Assembly (NCBI GenBank): GCA_043825855.1
Contig: JBDRRJ010000007.1
Location: 26,900 to 90,899, forward strand
Length of the DNA: 64,000 bases
Reading direction: 5' to 3'
Source: Pseudomonadota bacterium
GTDB lineage: Bacteria; Desulfobacterota; UBA8473
In this document: positions 31,716 to 44,046 of the stretch, piece after piece
Layout of the letters: each line of letters begins with the position of its first letter
Position numbering within the stretch: the first letter of the stretch is position 1
Translations under genes and position numbers: made by a program
Notes under the pieces: generated by a model
What the model was told of the DNA's origin: nothing
Seen by the model: the letters and a program-made list of their open reading frames with translations, nothing else
Database searches by the model: none

Positions 31716-32612
31716 CTAAATAGTCCGGTTTTCCATTAAGAAACTAATAAATGCTTCTAACAGGGGAGACCTTGTTCTTCCTTTATGAAATACCATAAAG
31801 AAGTGTCTAATGAATTTAAGCCCTTGGATATCAACCTTTCGAAGCTTATTTAGCTTCAATTCATCCTCAACTGCCCTCTTGGAGAGAATAGCTGCGCCAA
31901 TTCCGGCCTTTATTCCTTGCCTGATTGCTTCGGTACTTCCCATTTCGGCAATAACCTTTATAGCGTTTAAATTAACTCCACTATTATGCAAAGTTTTTTC
32001 GATAGTCATACGTGTACCGGAACCCCTTTCTCTTGAAATATAGGGTTGAGATTCAAGCTCCTCCGGTCTTATAGAGGTTTTTGATTCCCATGGATGGGCA
32101 GGGGGAACGACTAAGATTAGCTCATCCTCAATGAATTCAACATACTGAAGTCTTCTGTCTTGAATCTTTGCTCCCACAATACCCATCTCAATTTTATTAT
32201 TAATTACCTGATCTATGATTTCTTTTGTATCACCAACCATTAAACATATAGAGATATCCGGGTATTTATTCTTAAATTTGCCGAGCAAATGTGGCAAAAC
32301 ATACTCTCCTGGTATATTGCTTCCCCCAATAATAATGTCGCCAGACATCTTACCCGAAAAATTTTCCAGAACTTGTTTGGCTTCAACCCTCATTTCCAAC
32401 ATCTTTTTAGCATATCCGTATAGTATCTCTCCGGTTTTGGTAGGTATAACCTCTCTTCCCATCCTATCTAAAAGCTTTGTATCTAAATTATCCTCTAATG
32501 TTTTAATGTGTTCGCTGATGGTAGGTTGAGTTAAGTACGTTGCTTCGCCTGCCTTTGAAAAGCTACCCAATTCAACAACCTTACAAAAAATCTCTAATTG
32601 TCTCAAGTCCAT
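31716..32612 (-). CDS. LysR-family transcriptional regulator
   Basis: N-terminal HTH MDLRQLEIFCKVVELGSFSKAGEATYLTQPTISEHIKTLE plus a substrate-binding domain. Confidence 0.85.
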   Translation of the reverse strand: MDLRQLEIFCKVVELGSFSKAGEATYLTQPTISEHIKTLEDNLDTKLLDRMGREVIPTKTGEILYGYAKKMLEMRVEAKQVLENFSGKMSGDIIIGGSNIPGEYVLPHLLGKFKNKYPDISICLMVGDTKEIIDQVINNKIEMGIVGAKIQDRRLQYVEFIEDELILVVPPAHPWESKTSIRPEELESQPYISRERGSGTRMTIEKTLHNSGVNLNAIKVIAEMGSTEAIRQGIKAGIGAAILSKRAVEDELKLNKLRKVDIQGLKFIRHFFMVFHKGRTRSPLLEAFISFLMENRTI

Positions 32613-33310
32613 AATCTTATTCCACTACATGAGTCATGAATAGTATGTATCGGGTAACTTTTACAGATGGTAATTTCTTTGAAAGCTAATTAAATTTTCT
32701 ATGTTAATTTTATAGTTAAAAGGAATTTTAAAAGCAAGTTTTTTTTGTTTCAAGTCAATAATCCTTGACACATGCATTTTAATATGATAGTAAACTTTCT
32801 CTAGAAAATATTTAACTACTTGTTACCCGCTTGGATCCAATATTTGGACTGAGACGGAAGGAACCTAGATAGAATCAATAATTGGGATATTTTATTATAA
32901 GGTAACTTCTCCCAGGTTTGTTAGTTATCCCATTAATTCATAAAGCCTTCTGGACTGAGATCAGAAGGCTTTTTTGCTTTAAGGGTTTAAGTAATTGGAC
33001 AGTTAAATAATAAAGGCATATTTCGAAATAGTTTTTTAAAGGGGAATTTTACTTTAAACTTAAATAAGGTGTCCCCATCAAAAAGATTCTTCTAAAGGTC
33101 GATAGACATCTAAAAATCATATTTTTTAAAAAGAACCTTAAAGGCTTGTCTGAAGGGATTTATAATACTTTTGAATGGTTAAACTATCCACTCATTTTTA
33201 GAGAATGATATTTCTGTAAAATATTATAATCAGATACATATCTTAAGGTTTACAGCAGGAGGTTAAGGTTAAATAACGCCACTATTATCCATTCAATCAA
33301 GGGGGTACAG

Positions 33311-34111
33311 ATGGGAAAGACGACTATATTAGACTTACAGAAGATGAAAGATGAAGGGGAAAAAATAACCATGCTTACTGCTTATGATTTCCCTACTGCC
33401 AGGATTCTCGATGCCTGTGGGGTTGACATATTATTGGTTGGTGACTCAGTTGGCAACGTTGTCCTGGGGCAGGCAAACACTCTACCGGTATCTATTGAGG
33501 ATATGATTCACCACACCAAAGCAGTCGCAAAGGGTTGCAAGAATGCGTTAGTTGTCATAGATATGCCTTTTATGTCCTATCAAACCAGTATAGAGGATGC
33601 CAAGAGAAATGCGGGCAGAATGATAAAAGAGAGTGGCGCTGAAGTAGTAAAACTTGAAGGCGGAGCTAATATGGAGGATACAATCAGGGCTATTACTGAT
33701 ATAGACATCCCTGTGATGGCTCATATTGGGCTGACACCTCAATCTATACATAAAATGGGCGGTTACCGAATTCAAGGAAGGGAAGACAAACAAGGGCAAA
33801 AACTGCTGGCCGACGCAGTTGCAGTTGAAAGAGCTGGAGCCTTCTCTGTTGTTTTGGAGGCAATTCCCAGTAAGTTGGCAAAGGAGATTACAAAAAAATT
33901 AAAAATCCCTACCATAGGCATTGGGGCAGGAGTGAACTGTGACGGGCAGGTATTAGTAATCAACGATTTGCTGGGCTTGTCCGGAGATTTTAGACCGAAG
34001 TTTGTAAAGAAATATATAAATTTGGAAGAGGTTATCTCAAAAGCGGTTAAAGAGTACATATCAGAGGTAAAGAGTGAAGCCTTTCCTAGTGATGAACATA
34101 GTTTTAAGTAA
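33311..34111 (+). CDS. panB: 3-methyl-2-oxobutanoate hydroxymethyltransferase
   Basis: [33 protein letters not shown]. Confidence 0.93.
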   Translation: MGKTTILDLQKMKDEGEKITMLTAYDFPTARILDACGVDILLVGDSVGNVVLGQANTLPVSIEDMIHHTKAVAKGCKNALVVIDMPFMSYQTSIEDAKRNAGRMIKESGAEVVKLEGGANMEDTIRAITDIDIPVMAHIGLTPQSIHKMGGYRIQGREDKQGQKLLADAVAVERAGAFSVVLEAIPSKLAKEITKKLKIPTIGIGAGVNCDGQVLVINDLLGLSGDFRPKFVKKYINLEEVISKAVKEYISEVKSEAFPSDEHSFK

Positions 34112-34150
34112 TCTATTCTGGGGAAAGATAATGGGTAAGTTAGACTAATT

Positions 34151-35002
34151 ATGAAGATAATAAAAAGTATCAAAGAGATGCAGGAATTCTCAGAGGGTTC
34201 CCGTCTAAAAAATAAGATAATTGCCTTGGTTCCGACTATGGGTTTTCTCCATGATGGACATCTCAAACTGATTGAGGAAGGGAGAAAAAAGGCTGATATT
34301 TCGATAATCAGTATATTCATTAACCCTACCCAGTTTGGTGTAGGAGAAGACCTCGAAAAGTACCCAAGAGATTTAGAGAGAGACAAGAAATTAGCAGAAG
34401 GTGTTGGTGTTGATGTTATCTTTGCCCCAACTGCTTCAGAGATGTATCCCAAAAATTATCAGACTTATGTAAATGTAGAATATGTGACCAGGAACCTATG
34501 TGGCGCTTCAAGGCCCACTCATTTTAGAGGTGTAACAACTGTAGTTGCAAAACTGTTTAATATTATTAAACCGCATATTGCCATTTTTGGGGAGAAGGAT
34601 TTTCAGCAGTTAGTTACTATCAGACAGATGGTTAAAGATTTGAATTTTGACATAGAGATAGTTGGAGTTCCTACCGTTCGGGAAAAGGATGGTTTGGCGA
34701 TGAGTTCTAGGAATACTTACTTGACTCAGAAAGAGCGTAAAGCTGCACTGAGCTTAAGTCAAGCAATCTCTAACGCAATGGAAATATTCAGGTCAGGTGA
34801 AAGAAAATCTGAAAACATTCTCCATGAGGTTAAAAAAAGAATAGAATCAGAAAGTCTGACAGACATCGATTATGTTCATATATGTGACTCTCAAACATTG
34901 GATTATATTAAAGAAATTGATAGAGATTCAGTTATGGCAATGGCAGTAAAGGTTGGTAAAACAAGACTTATTGATAATTGTACTTTTGAAACAATAAAAT
35001 AA
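34151..35002 (+). CDS. panC: Pantoate--beta-alanine ligase
   Basis: [20 protein letters not shown]-like motif. Confidence 0.93.
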   Translation: MKIIKSIKEMQEFSEGSRLKNKIIALVPTMGFLHDGHLKLIEEGRKKADISIISIFINPTQFGVGEDLEKYPRDLERDKKLAEGVGVDVIFAPTASEMYPKNYQTYVNVEYVTRNLCGASRPTHFRGVTTVVAKLFNIIKPHIAIFGEKDFQQLVTIRQMVKDLNFDIEIVGVPTVREKDGLAMSSRNTYLTQKERKAALSLSQAISNAMEIFRSGERKSENILHEVKKRIESESLTDIDYVHICDSQTLDYIKEIDRDSVMAMAVKVGKTRLIDNCTFETIK

Positions 35003-35030
35003 TAAATCCTGTAAAGGGGGGCAAAGAGTC

Positions 35031-35411
35031 GTGCAAAGAATCATGCTGAAATCCAAAATACACCGGGTAACCGTTACAGATGCTAATCTGGATTATGAAG
35101 GAAGTATTACCATTGATGAACTCCTTATGGAAGATGCAGGCATAATCCCTTACGAAGCGGTTCATATATACAATATCGCAAATGGCGAAAGGTTTGAAAC
35201 GTATGCCATTAAAGGGAAGGCTAACTCTGGTACTATTTGTCTTAATGGGGCTGCTGCTCATAAGGTCAAAGTCGGTGATTTAATAATAATTGCCAATTAT
35301 GCAAACTACGAAGAAAAAGAGGCAAAAGCCCACAAACCTAAACTTGTTTATGTTGATAAAAATAACAAAAGAATAGAGGTAAAATCCTCAGTATATCTCC
35401 AACCTGTTTGA
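35031..35411 (+). CDS. panD: Aspartate 1-decarboxylase
   Basis: [29 protein letters not shown], with the self-processing Gly-Ser site. GTG start. Confidence 0.9.
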   Translation: MQRIMLKSKIHRVTVTDANLDYEGSITIDELLMEDAGIIPYEAVHIYNIANGERFETYAIKGKANSGTICLNGAAAHKVKVGDLIIIANYANYEEKEAKAHKPKLVYVDKNNKRIEVKSSVYLQPV

Positions 35412-35656
35412 GTTTTTCCTTTCGTTTCAGTCAGTACTCAGTATCGTTCACAAGAGAAAGGAAATGCCTCACCTTCGTGAAACCTTATCAGGGGGATTGA
35501 TTAATTATTCTGTTGAAAAAGATTACTCACTTCTGTTAAACTAATAATTAGTCCACCTGTAAAATTCCCTTTTATACATAATAAGGTGGATTTCTAAAAC
35601 AATTATGAAGTCTTTTCTTACGTAAGTTATTTTAAAGCTCTCGAAGGGCTGCTCAA

Positions 35657-36277
35657 ATGAAAGCACAGATAAAAAATTATTTCATAACAGGTCTTTTAGC
35701 GACGATTCCAATTACTTTAACTATATACATCCTTAAGGTACTTATCGGTATGGTGGATAGTGTTCTCAACTACTTACCACAAAAATACCACCCTGATACT
35801 TATCTTCTCTTTCATATTCCAGGATTAGGATTAATAGCAACCCTTATAGTGGTATTTATTGTTGGGATCATTACTCAAAGCATCCTTGGCAAAAAACTGG
35901 GTACAATTTGCGAATGGATGATATCTAAGATTCCTTTTGTTAGGAACATATATGTTGGCATTAAGCAGATGGTAGAAGCTATATTTGCACAAAACTCAAA
36001 GAACTTTAAACGGGTTGTCTTGGTTGAGGCCCCCAGAAAGGACATGTGGCTCGTAGGGTTTCTGACTGGGATTACCAGGGGGGAAGTCCAGTATAAAACT
36101 GAAAAAAAAGTTGTTAATGTGTTTATTCCTACCACACCAAACCCCACCACTGGGATATATCTTCTGGTTCCGGAGAAGGATATTATACCACTAGATATGG
36201 GTGTCGAAGACGCCTTTAAGTTAATAATGTCTGGGGGAATTGTTACCCCTCCCATGCAAATTAAGAATAAACCATGA
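35657..36277 (+). CDS. DUF502-family membrane protein
   Basis: Two N-terminal TM helices plus a conserved C-terminal domain. Confidence 0.65.
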   Translation: MKAQIKNYFITGLLATIPITLTIYILKVLIGMVDSVLNYLPQKYHPDTYLLFHIPGLGLIATLIVVFIVGIITQSILGKKLGTICEWMISKIPFVRNIYVGIKQMVEAIFAQNSKNFKRVVLVEAPRKDMWLVGFLTGITRGEVQYKTEKKVVNVFIPTTPNPTTGIYLLVPEKDIIPLDMGVEDAFKLIMSGGIVTPPMQIKNKP

Positions 36278-36396
36278 ATATCGAAGATAATGGGCTAATA
36301 TGCCAAAGTTATTCTTGAAAAGGCGGAAAAATGTGATACAAAAAAAATTATCATAGAACTTAGCCTCTCACCAGACAGAAACATTATACAGAAGAA

Positions 36397-37746
36397 TTGA
36401 AGAACCTTATGAAACAGAAAAATCTATATATTAAGACCTTTGGATGTCAAATGAATGAACATGATTCTGATAAGATTCATAGAATCCTTGAGGATCACAA
36501 TTATAAATTAATCGATAATATTGAAGATGCTGATTTGATCTTGTTGAATACCTGTAGCATCAGAGAAAAGGCGGAACAAAAGGCATACAGTAGTCTGGGA
36601 AGGCTCAGAAAGTTGAAGAGCAAAAATCCTAACCTTATAATCGGGGTTGGTGGATGTGTAGCTCAGCAGGAGGGAGAAAGGCTTTTGCACAGAGCTCCTT
36701 ATGTTGATATAGTATTTGGAACTCATAACATACATAACTTACCTGAATTTATCCACAATGTTGAGCATACAGGGAAAAGGGTTTCGGAAACCAGTCTGTA
36801 TGATTCAGTCCCCTCTCTAGCATTTTGCTCTAATCCCAGACAAAATGGAATAAAATCCTACATCACTATTATGCAGGGTTGCGATAATTACTGTTCTTAT
36901 TGTATAGTACCCTATGTTAGAGGCAGGGAAATAAGCAGACCAAGCAATGAGATACTGGATGAGATAAAGGGACTGTCAGAAAGGGGTGTCAAGGAAGTAA
37001 CTTTACTTGGTCAAAATGTAAATTCCTACGGGAAGGGTCTCGCAGATGGGGGCATGAATTTTCCTCAACTGCTGCACTCTATAAACGAGATAGATGGAAT
37101 AGAGAGGATACGTTTTACTTCCTCCCATCCAAAGGATTTGTCTGAGGAATTAATATCCTGTTTTGGACAATTACCTAAATTATGCGAACATATACATTTA
37201 CCTGTACAATCCGGTTCTAATAAAGTCCTAAAAGCTATGAACAGGAAATATACGGTAGATGAGTATATAACAAAGTTAGAAAAACTCAGGAAGGTTTGTC
37301 CTAAAATAAGCATAACCTCAGACATCATAGTGGGATTTCCAGGTGAGACTGAAAAGGATTTTGAAAGTACCATTGAATTAATAGGGACAGTTAAATTCGA
37401 CAGTGTTTTTTCTTTCAAGTATTCTGACAGGGTTGAGACAAAAGCATTAACTCTTACTAAAAAGGTCGATGATGAAGTTAAAGGCAAAAGGTTAAATACA
37501 CTGCAAAGTTACCAAAAGCTCTTTACTTTAGCTAAGAATAAAGAACTTGAAGGTAGAGAGGAAGAGATATTAGTAGAAGGCCCAAGCAAGACTAATCCAA
37601 GGCGTTTGACAGGGAGAACCAGATCAAATAAAGTAGTTAACTTTGAAGGGCCATTAGAATTAATAGGAAGTACTGTGTATACAAGGATAAATACAGGGTT
37701 CCTTAATTCACTAACGGGAGAACTAAGTGCCACTTATCGTGGTTAA
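36397..37746 (+). CDS. miaB: tRNA-2-methylthio-N6-dimethylallyladenosine synthase
   Basis: MTTase N-domain (LYIKTFGCQMNEHDSDKI), the radical SAM motif CDNYCSYC, and a TRAM domain. Confidence 0.9.
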   Translation: MKNLMKQKNLYIKTFGCQMNEHDSDKIHRILEDHNYKLIDNIEDADLILLNTCSIREKAEQKAYSSLGRLRKLKSKNPNLIIGVGGCVAQQEGERLLHRAPYVDIVFGTHNIHNLPEFIHNVEHTGKRVSETSLYDSVPSLAFCSNPRQNGIKSYITIMQGCDNYCSYCIVPYVRGREISRPSNEILDEIKGLSERGVKEVTLLGQNVNSYGKGLADGGMNFPQLLHSINEIDGIERIRFTSSHPKDLSEELISCFGQLPKLCEHIHLPVQSGSNKVLKAMNRKYTVDEYITKLEKLRKVCPKISITSDIIVGFPGETEKDFESTIELIGTVKFDSVFSFKYSDRVETKALTLTKKVDDEVKGKRLNTLQSYQKLFTLAKNKELEGREEEILVEGPSKTNPRRLTGRTRSNKVVNFEGPLELIGSTVYTRINTGFLNSLTGELSATYRG

Positions 37747-37758
37747 TGGGAGGTCAAT

Positions 37759-38259
37759 ATGTTTAAAGAGATGAGAGTAGCGGGATTAACTGTGGATCCT
37801 TTTACTAACATGCCTATCATTATACTCAAAGACATGGAGGATAAGAGTGCAGTTCCAATCTGGATTGGGCTACTCGAAGCCAGTGCCATAGCTACTGAGC
37901 TTGAAAAAATTCAACTTCCCAGACCTATGACTCATGATTTGTTAAAGAATATTCTGGATAATTTTAAAGTTGAAGTAACTAAAATAGAGATTAATGACTT
38001 GCAGGACAACACCTTCTATGCAACACTGTATCTTAAGATGGGTAACAAGAAGTATGCTATTGATTCCCGTCCCAGCGATGCCATTGCTATAGCTTTAAGA
38101 ACCGAATCCCCCATATATGTCAGCGAAGAGGTCATTGCACGATCAAGGCGGGTAGACTTAAAGGAGACAACCACAGGTAAAAACGGTAAAGATCAGGAAA
38201 AATGGGCTGAAATTTTAGAAAACATGTCTCCCGAAGATTTTGGAAAGTACAAAATGTAA
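37759..38259 (+). CDS. Bifunctional nuclease (BFN/DUF151) family protein
   Basis: LTVDPFTNMPIIILKD...VPIWIGLLEASAIA, the family's conserved N-terminal block. Confidence 0.75.
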   Translation: MFKEMRVAGLTVDPFTNMPIIILKDMEDKSAVPIWIGLLEASAIATELEKIQLPRPMTHDLLKNILDNFKVEVTKIEINDLQDNTFYATLYLKMGNKKYAIDSRPSDAIAIALRTESPIYVSEEVIARSRRVDLKETTTGKNGKDQEKWAEILENMSPEDFGKYKM

Positions 38260-38268
38260 TGACAAAGT

Positions 38269-38288
38269 AAACAGTTCTTCTGTTTTTT
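38269..38288. terminator. Bidirectional intrinsic terminator between the convergent BFN gene and uvrB
   Basis: aaacag-ttctt-ctgttt followed by tttttt. Confidence 0.45.
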
Positions 38289-38325
38289 ACTAAGCAATCT
38301 ACAATTTGTAAGCCTGTAACTTAAT

Positions 38326-40320
38326 TCAGGTTAGTTCTAAATCCACATTTTGCAACTTTTTGATCCTGTCTCTCAAATCTGCTGCTTTTTCAAATTCAAG
38401 ATTATCAGCTGCTTTTTTCATCTGTGTTTTCAAGTTTTTAATAAGTTTTGGTATCTCGTCTGAATGGATGTACTCTTCTTCAGGTTCCTTGATAATGGGG
38501 ACGGTGTAATAATCCGCCTCATAGATTGAGGTTAAGATGCTGGAAATAGATTTTTTTATACTTTCAGGGGTAATATTATTCTTTTTGTTAAACTCAGCCT
38601 GAATCTTTCTTCTTCGGTTTGTTTCATTAATGGCGGCATCTATAGATCGAGTAATAGTATCACTATACATTATCACCTCTCCAGCAATGTTTCTTGATGC
38701 CCTTCCGCACATCTGGATTAATGACCTTTCAGAACGAAGAAACCCTTCCTTGTCAGCATCTAATATTGCGACCAGAGATACTTCAGGGATGTCCAGTCCC
38801 TCTCTGAGCAGGTTTATCCCTATGAGAACATCGAATTCGTTCAAGCGTAAGCTTCTGATTATTTTTACCCTTTCCAGAGTGTCAATATCTGAGTGAAGGT
38901 ACCTAACCCTTATTCCTAAATCGTTGTAATATTCAGAAAGGTCTTCGGCCATTCTTTTTGTCAATGTTGTTACCAGAACCCTTTCCTTACGTTTGCACCT
39001 TGCATTGATCTCATGAAGTAGATCATCAACTTGGTCACTGGCAGGTCTGACTGTGATTGCCGGATCCATAAGACCTGTAGGACGAATAATCTGTTCGGCA
39101 ACTTTTCCTTTGCTCTTTTTAAACTCATAATCTCCCGGTGTTGCAGATACAAAAATAACCTGGTTTATGAATTCCTCAAACTCCTGAAAATTAAGGGGAC
39201 GGTTATCTAGAGCTGAGGGGAGACGAAATCCATATTCTACAAGGATGTTCTTTCTTGACCTATCCCCACGGTACATACCGTTAAGCTGAGGAATGGTTGC
39301 ATGACTTTCATCTACGAATATAAGAAAATCTCTGGGAAAATAATTCAGAAGTGTAGGAGGAGGTTCTCCTTGTTTTCTACCATTCAGGTATCTGGAATAG
39401 TTTTCTATTCCTGTACAATAACCAGCTTCTTCCATCATTTCTATATCAAAATTGGTCCTCTCCTCTATCCTTTGAGCTTCTAAAAGTTTGTTATGTGATT
39501 GAAAAAAACGGACTTGTTCCTTTAATTCTACCTTTATGGCTTCAATAGATTTCTTTAGCACTTCTTTAGGAGTAACATAATGACTCCCTGGATAGATGGT
39601 AGCCCTCTCCAACTTCCTTATCCTCTTTCCCAGTAATGGGTCGACTTCGAATATAGCCTCCACAAAGTCACCGAACAATTGAACTCTGATGGCTTTTTCC
39701 TCTTCATACGCAGGAAATATCTCTATTACATCGCCTTTGACACGGAATGTTCCCCTGTGGAAATCGATGTCATTCCTCTCATATTGGATTTCCACAAGCT
39801 TTGAGAGAATTTTATCCCTGGGAATCTCATCACCCTCTTTCAATGGTAGTAACATTCCATAATATGCCTCCGGAGAGCCCAGACCATAGATACATGATAC
39901 ACTGGCTACTATTATAACGTCATTTCTCTCAAGGAGAGAACGGGTGGCGGAATGCCTCATCTTGTCGATTTTCTCATTTATAGAGGAATCCTTTTCTATA
40001 TAAGTATCCGACTGGGGTATATACGCCTCCGGCTGATAGTAATCATAATAGCTGACAAAGTATTCCACTGCATTTTCAGGGAATATTTCTTTAAATTCGC
40101 TGAAGAGCTGAGCAGCAAGGGTCTTATTGTGAGCAATAACCAGAGTTGGTTTCTGGACTTTTTCGATTATATTGGCCATTGTAAAGGTCTTCCCTGATCC
40201 GGTAACCCCTAGCAATACCTGGTGCTTTTCCCCGGCAGTTATTCCATTGCTCAATTTCTCGATAGCCTGCGGTTGGTCACCTCTGGGGATAAACTCCGTA
40301 ACCAATTTGAAGTTACCCAT
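38326..40320 (-). CDS. uvrB: Excinuclease ABC subunit B
   Basis: [10 protein letters not shown], Walker [11 protein letters not shown], helicase motifs, and a C-terminal UVR domain ([14 protein letters not shown]). Confidence 0.95.
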   Translation of the reverse strand: MGNFKLVTEFIPRGDQPQAIEKLSNGITAGEKHQVLLGVTGSGKTFTMANIIEKVQKPTLVIAHNKTLAAQLFSEFKEIFPENAVEYFVSYYDYYQPEAYIPQSDTYIEKDSSINEKIDKMRHSATRSLLERNDVIIVASVSCIYGLGSPEAYYGMLLPLKEGDEIPRDKILSKLVEIQYERNDIDFHRGTFRVKGDVIEIFPAYEEEKAIRVQLFGDFVEAIFEVDPLLGKRIRKLERATIYPGSHYVTPKEVLKKSIEAIKVELKEQVRFFQSHNKLLEAQRIEERTNFDIEMMEEAGYCTGIENYSRYLNGRKQGEPPPTLLNYFPRDFLIFVDESHATIPQLNGMYRGDRSRKNILVEYGFRLPSALDNRPLNFQEFEEFINQVIFVSATPGDYEFKKSKGKVAEQIIRPTGLMDPAITVRPASDQVDDLLHEINARCKRKERVLVTTLTKRMAEDLSEYYNDLGIRVRYLHSDIDTLERVKIIRSLRLNEFDVLIGINLLREGLDIPEVSLVAILDADKEGFLRSERSLIQMCGRASRNIAGEVIMYSDTITRSIDAAINETNRRRKIQAEFNKKNNITPESIKKSISSILTSIYEADYYTVPIIKEPEEEYIHSDEIPKLIKNLKTQMKKAADNLEFEKAADLRDRIKKLQNVDLELT

Positions 40321-40410
40321 AACTTATGTTTTTCCTTTGAATAATTTGTTTTTCGAAAAAGTTCCGGAAATTGACTTTTATAATGCTCCTCTAAGTGCCA
40401 GTTAATACTC

Positions 40411-40674
40411 TTAGTTGATAAGGCACTCGGAAATAATCTGTCTGGCTTTTATTTGCTCAGAGAATGCCCAGGATTCACCTGCCTGGAGAACCTGCTCAAC
40501 CGCTTCCAGGCTTTTATAAAATAGATTCCAACCTTGTTGTTCACGTCTATATGCCTGTTGGAGCGAATTGGCCCGTTCTTTAGTAAAGTACAGTCCTTCT
40601 TGTGGCTGCAGGACACCCGTGTTCACGAACTCGCTTGCCTTCTTGGTTTTACTATGGTTTAAAAAAAACTGCAT
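40411..40674 (-). CDS. Hypothetical 87-aa protein at the left edge of the minus-strand accessory block
   Basis: ORF only; no motif recognised. Confidence 0.25.
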   Translation of the reverse strand: MQFFLNHSKTKKASEFVNTGVLQPQEGLYFTKERANSLQQAYRREQQGWNLFYKSLEAVEQVLQAGESWAFSEQIKARQIISECLIN

Positions 40675-40982
40675 TAAAAATTTTGTACAAAGTGTTTATA
40701 TCTTCATTGTCGGAGAGATCAGATAGCTCATTAAGCAAAATTGGTGCTGAATTGTTTTTTGGGGTTGAATCAAGAAACTAACAATCGGATTGAGAAGTGT
40801 CATTCTTAGGAAAACCTTATATATTAGAAAATTCGAGGATATTTTTTAGACTTAATGTTTAATTTTAACAGCCTGTAAAGCTATTCTGCTTGAATGGAAC
40901 AATTGACTTACATTAAAATATTTCCAAGATAAGACCATTGATTACTTATATCTACCTTCGTATTTTAATAAAAAAGTAAGTA

Positions 40983-43115
40983 TTATTTTTCACTCATAAC
41001 CCAGACGCCATTCCACTCTTCAGGCGGGTCTTTTATCAAAGTTCTGCATTTTTCAGCATATGCCCCGGCAACAGGGTCTTCTTCCTTGATTATTTCAAAG
41101 ACTTCCAGAGCATCTTTGAAGGCACCGGCATAAAATTTCTGGAGCGCTTCGGAAAAAGTCTTAAAACTATTTGCTTTTGCTTCGAAATCTTCCTTGAACA
41201 TGGGTTCATATACAAGTATTGGTTCGTTACGTCCAACAACACGGACTTTCGAAATCTCGCGAACAGCAAATTCATTTTCGAGCTGCGCCAAGGTATATTC
41301 TGATATCATTATGTAAGTGCCGAACTGTTTGTTGATACCTTCGAGTCGCGAGGCAAGATTACCTGCATCGCCAAGAAAGGTGTAATCGAAGCGTTGGTTT
41401 GATCCCATATTTCCAACTACAACCTGCCCGGTGTTAATACCAATACGGGCATATATATCACGTCCGATACGCGTCTTGAAACCCGGGCGGAGTTCCACAA
41501 GTTTCCTATGACACCTGAGTGCAGTTCTTACGGCTCGCTTTGCGTGGTCAGGTACATCTAGAGGGGCATTCCAGAAAGCAATAATGGCATCGCCTTCGTA
41601 TTTATCGATGGTTCCTCCTTCGGCAAGAATTATGTCGGTCATTGCAGTGAGATAGTCATTTAGCAGAGCGGTCAGTTCCGTGGGGCTTAAACTCTCAGAT
41701 ATACTTGTAAATCCTTGAACATCTGAAAATAATATGCTCATTTCCCGCAATTCTCCGCCCAGAGCCAGTTTATCCGGATTTTTAACCAGCCGCTCGATTA
41801 CCGCAGGGCTGAGATACTGTTTAAAAGCATTTTTGATATAACGTTTTTGTCGTCCTTCGAGTGTATAATTAACTACAATCGATGTAAATATCGCAAAAAA
41901 AGTACCCGTCGAAGTTAAAGCAACCGGCACCCAATAATTATACTGGTAATAAATGCATCCTAATATAAAGGGAACTGACAAAAATATCACGGCTGCAATT
42001 GCATCATGAAATCCTTTGTTAAGCATACGCACAGAAATTCCTGCAGCCAAGCAAAACCCGATGGTCCATAGAATGGCTATATACAGGGAGACCTCTTTCA
42101 TAAAGTCTCCTGACATTAGATTGTCAAGCATTGTAGTGTGCAGTTCAACTCCCGGGTAATCCCGTTGAAGTGGCATTGGACGAAGGTCTTTGAATCCGGG
42201 CGCAGTTACACCAAAAAATACGTAAGCATCCTTAAAGATGGATAAATCTATGCTTGGCATGTTGCCTTCCATAATTTTAAGCCCTGACTGCATGACAACG
42301 GCAGCATTTATTGCCTTGTGTGTCTGACTTTTGCCGCGATAACGGATAATAACATTCCCGTTTTTGTCAAGGGGTATGTTATATGAGCCGAACCGAAGAT
42401 TATTATCTGATATGCTGAGAGGATAATCCGGATGGGTACTTATAAAGGCGGCCAAACCCAGGGATGGGACGAAGTGATTTTCAAAGACATGAAAAGGGAC
42501 AGCGCGTCGGATGATTGCATCCGAGTCCTGTCGGGTTATCATAACGCTACCAAGTATTGCTGCGTTAGCCATTACCTGACTCACGGGAAAGGATGCACGG
42601 GTCTTAATCGCTGACTTCCCCTTGGTGGTTGCAAGGTAATCTTTAAGCCCTTCAACTTTGAAATTGTTATCCTTGGCCTGGGGATTCCATACCGTTTCCA
42701 AACCCTGTTCATTACTAAGATTGAGGGACCCGACAAAATTTGATGTTTCTGCAATTGACTGGCCGAACGCTTCATCATCGTCAACACCGGCAAAAGACTG
42801 TTCCGTAAAGATCAGATCGAAAATAACGGCTTTAGCGCTTCCATACTGTAAAGCAGTTAAAATAGGGCTGTAAAGCTGTCTTGGCCAGGGCCAGGAAAGG
42901 GGCACCTGCAAGGTATTTTTGGTCCAGTCGAGGCTGGACTGATCTATCATGACAACACAAATATTATCACTTGCTCGGTTTGGATTAGCAAAGAGTCTCA
43001 CCCGCCAATCCCACGTTGTATTTTCCAGCCAGTCAAGATTGCCGGAAAGATGAAGCAATAATGCGAAGGCAGCGGATAAAAGTCCAATTATAATACCGTG
43101 TATCAGCTTCTTCAT
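40983..43115 (-). CDS. CHASE2 sensor-domain class III adenylate/guanylate cyclase
   Basis: Signal anchor, a large periplasmic CHASE2-like domain, three or four TM helices, and a CYCc domain (MSILFSDVQGFTSISE...KYEGDAIIAFWNAP...IGINTGQVVVGNMG). Confidence 0.82.
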   Translation of the reverse strand: MKKLIHGIIIGLLSAAFALLLHLSGNLDWLENTTWDWRVRLFANPNRASDNICVVMIDQSSLDWTKNTLQVPLSWPWPRQLYSPILTALQYGSAKAVIFDLIFTEQSFAGVDDDEAFGQSIAETSNFVGSLNLSNEQGLETVWNPQAKDNNFKVEGLKDYLATTKGKSAIKTRASFPVSQVMANAAILGSVMITRQDSDAIIRRAVPFHVFENHFVPSLGLAAFISTHPDYPLSISDNNLRFGSYNIPLDKNGNVIIRYRGKSQTHKAINAAVVMQSGLKIMEGNMPSIDLSIFKDAYVFFGVTAPGFKDLRPMPLQRDYPGVELHTTMLDNLMSGDFMKEVSLYIAILWTIGFCLAAGISVRMLNKGFHDAIAAVIFLSVPFILGCIYYQYNYWVPVALTSTGTFFAIFTSIVVNYTLEGRQKRYIKNAFKQYLSPAVIERLVKNPDKLALGGELREMSILFSDVQGFTSISESLSPTELTALLNDYLTAMTDIILAEGGTIDKYEGDAIIAFWNAPLDVPDHAKRAVRTALRCHRKLVELRPGFKTRIGRDIYARIGINTGQVVVGNMGSNQRFDYTFLGDAGNLASRLEGINKQFGTYIMISEYTLAQLENEFAVREISKVRVVGRNEPILVYEPMFKEDFEAKANSFKTFSEALQKFYAGAFKDALEVFEIIKEEDPVAGAYAEKCRTLIKDPPEEWNGVWVMSEK

Positions 43116-43134
43116 TATCAGCCCTTTTGGGACT

Positions 43135-44046
43135 CTAAATACCAGCCATTACTTTATTGAAACGGGCTTTTCTCGCATTCGGTATAACGACAACCACGAA
43201 ACCTTCTAAATAGGGTCCAATATTCTCCAATCTCTTTTGCGGTGTCGGATGAGTCTTGCCAAAGCCGCCTGAATTTTGACCTAGCCTCTTGTCCATCTCT
43301 TCCAGCATGTTTTTAAGCGCCGGCGGGTTATAGCCGACACGCTTCATTATTGTCACGGCTGCTATATCGGCATCATATTCCTGACTGCTTTGATAGCCTT
43401 TATCTACCAGCTCTTTCATGATATCACCGATTGTCCCGTCAAAAACTTCAGCTGCTTGAGCAAGCATCTCATTGCCCATATTTTTTGCGATTTCAACACC
43501 GACTATTTTACCCAAAGATGTGTACCTGCTTGACTTAATTGCCCCCATACCATGATCAAGTTGTACGTGCCCTACTTCATGAGCTAGAACTGCAGAGAGG
43601 GCATCTTCGTTTTTACAGCAGCGCATAAGACCGCGCGATACCAGAATGAATCCGCCCGGTGCTGCAAAAGCATTTATCTCATCCGTATCAAGTATAAGAA
43701 AATGATAACCATTGAACGTCTCCGGTTTATCCGATGCTGCTGCCATCGTCTGGCCGATCAGGTTTAAATATTCTGTAGCCTCTCTGTTATCATAAACTTT
43801 ATATCTGTTTAATATATTTGCAGCTATAGTTCTACCGATATAATATTCGTTTTCTGGTGTGAATTTCTCGAATGCCTGACTAGCGGCCTTGGAGGTCCGT
43901 TTGATAGAAACTGCCTGCTCACTCGATATTGTACCTGTTGACGCAAGAATATCGGCACCTACATTGGTAACAGCATTAAGTGTTTGACATCCATGGATAA
44001 AAGCCATTAGTAAAAAAATAAGTATTGCGAAAGAAAGAGTCCTCAT
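43135..44046 (-). CDS. M48-family Zn metallopeptidase, predicted lipoprotein
   Basis: Lipobox FIHGC and the HEVGHVQLDH HExxH motif. Its stop is 20 nt from the cyclase start. Confidence 0.8.
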   Translation of the reverse strand: MRTLSFAILIFLLMAFIHGCQTLNAVTNVGADILASTGTISSEQAVSIKRTSKAASQAFEKFTPENEYYIGRTIAANILNRYKVYDNREATEYLNLIGQTMAAASDKPETFNGYHFLILDTDEINAFAAPGGFILVSRGLMRCCKNEDALSAVLAHEVGHVQLDHGMGAIKSSRYTSLGKIVGVEIAKNMGNEMLAQAAEVFDGTIGDIMKELVDKGYQSSQEYDADIAAVTIMKRVGYNPPALKNMLEEMDKRLGQNSGGFGKTHPTPQKRLENIGPYLEGFVVVVIPNARKARFNKVMAGI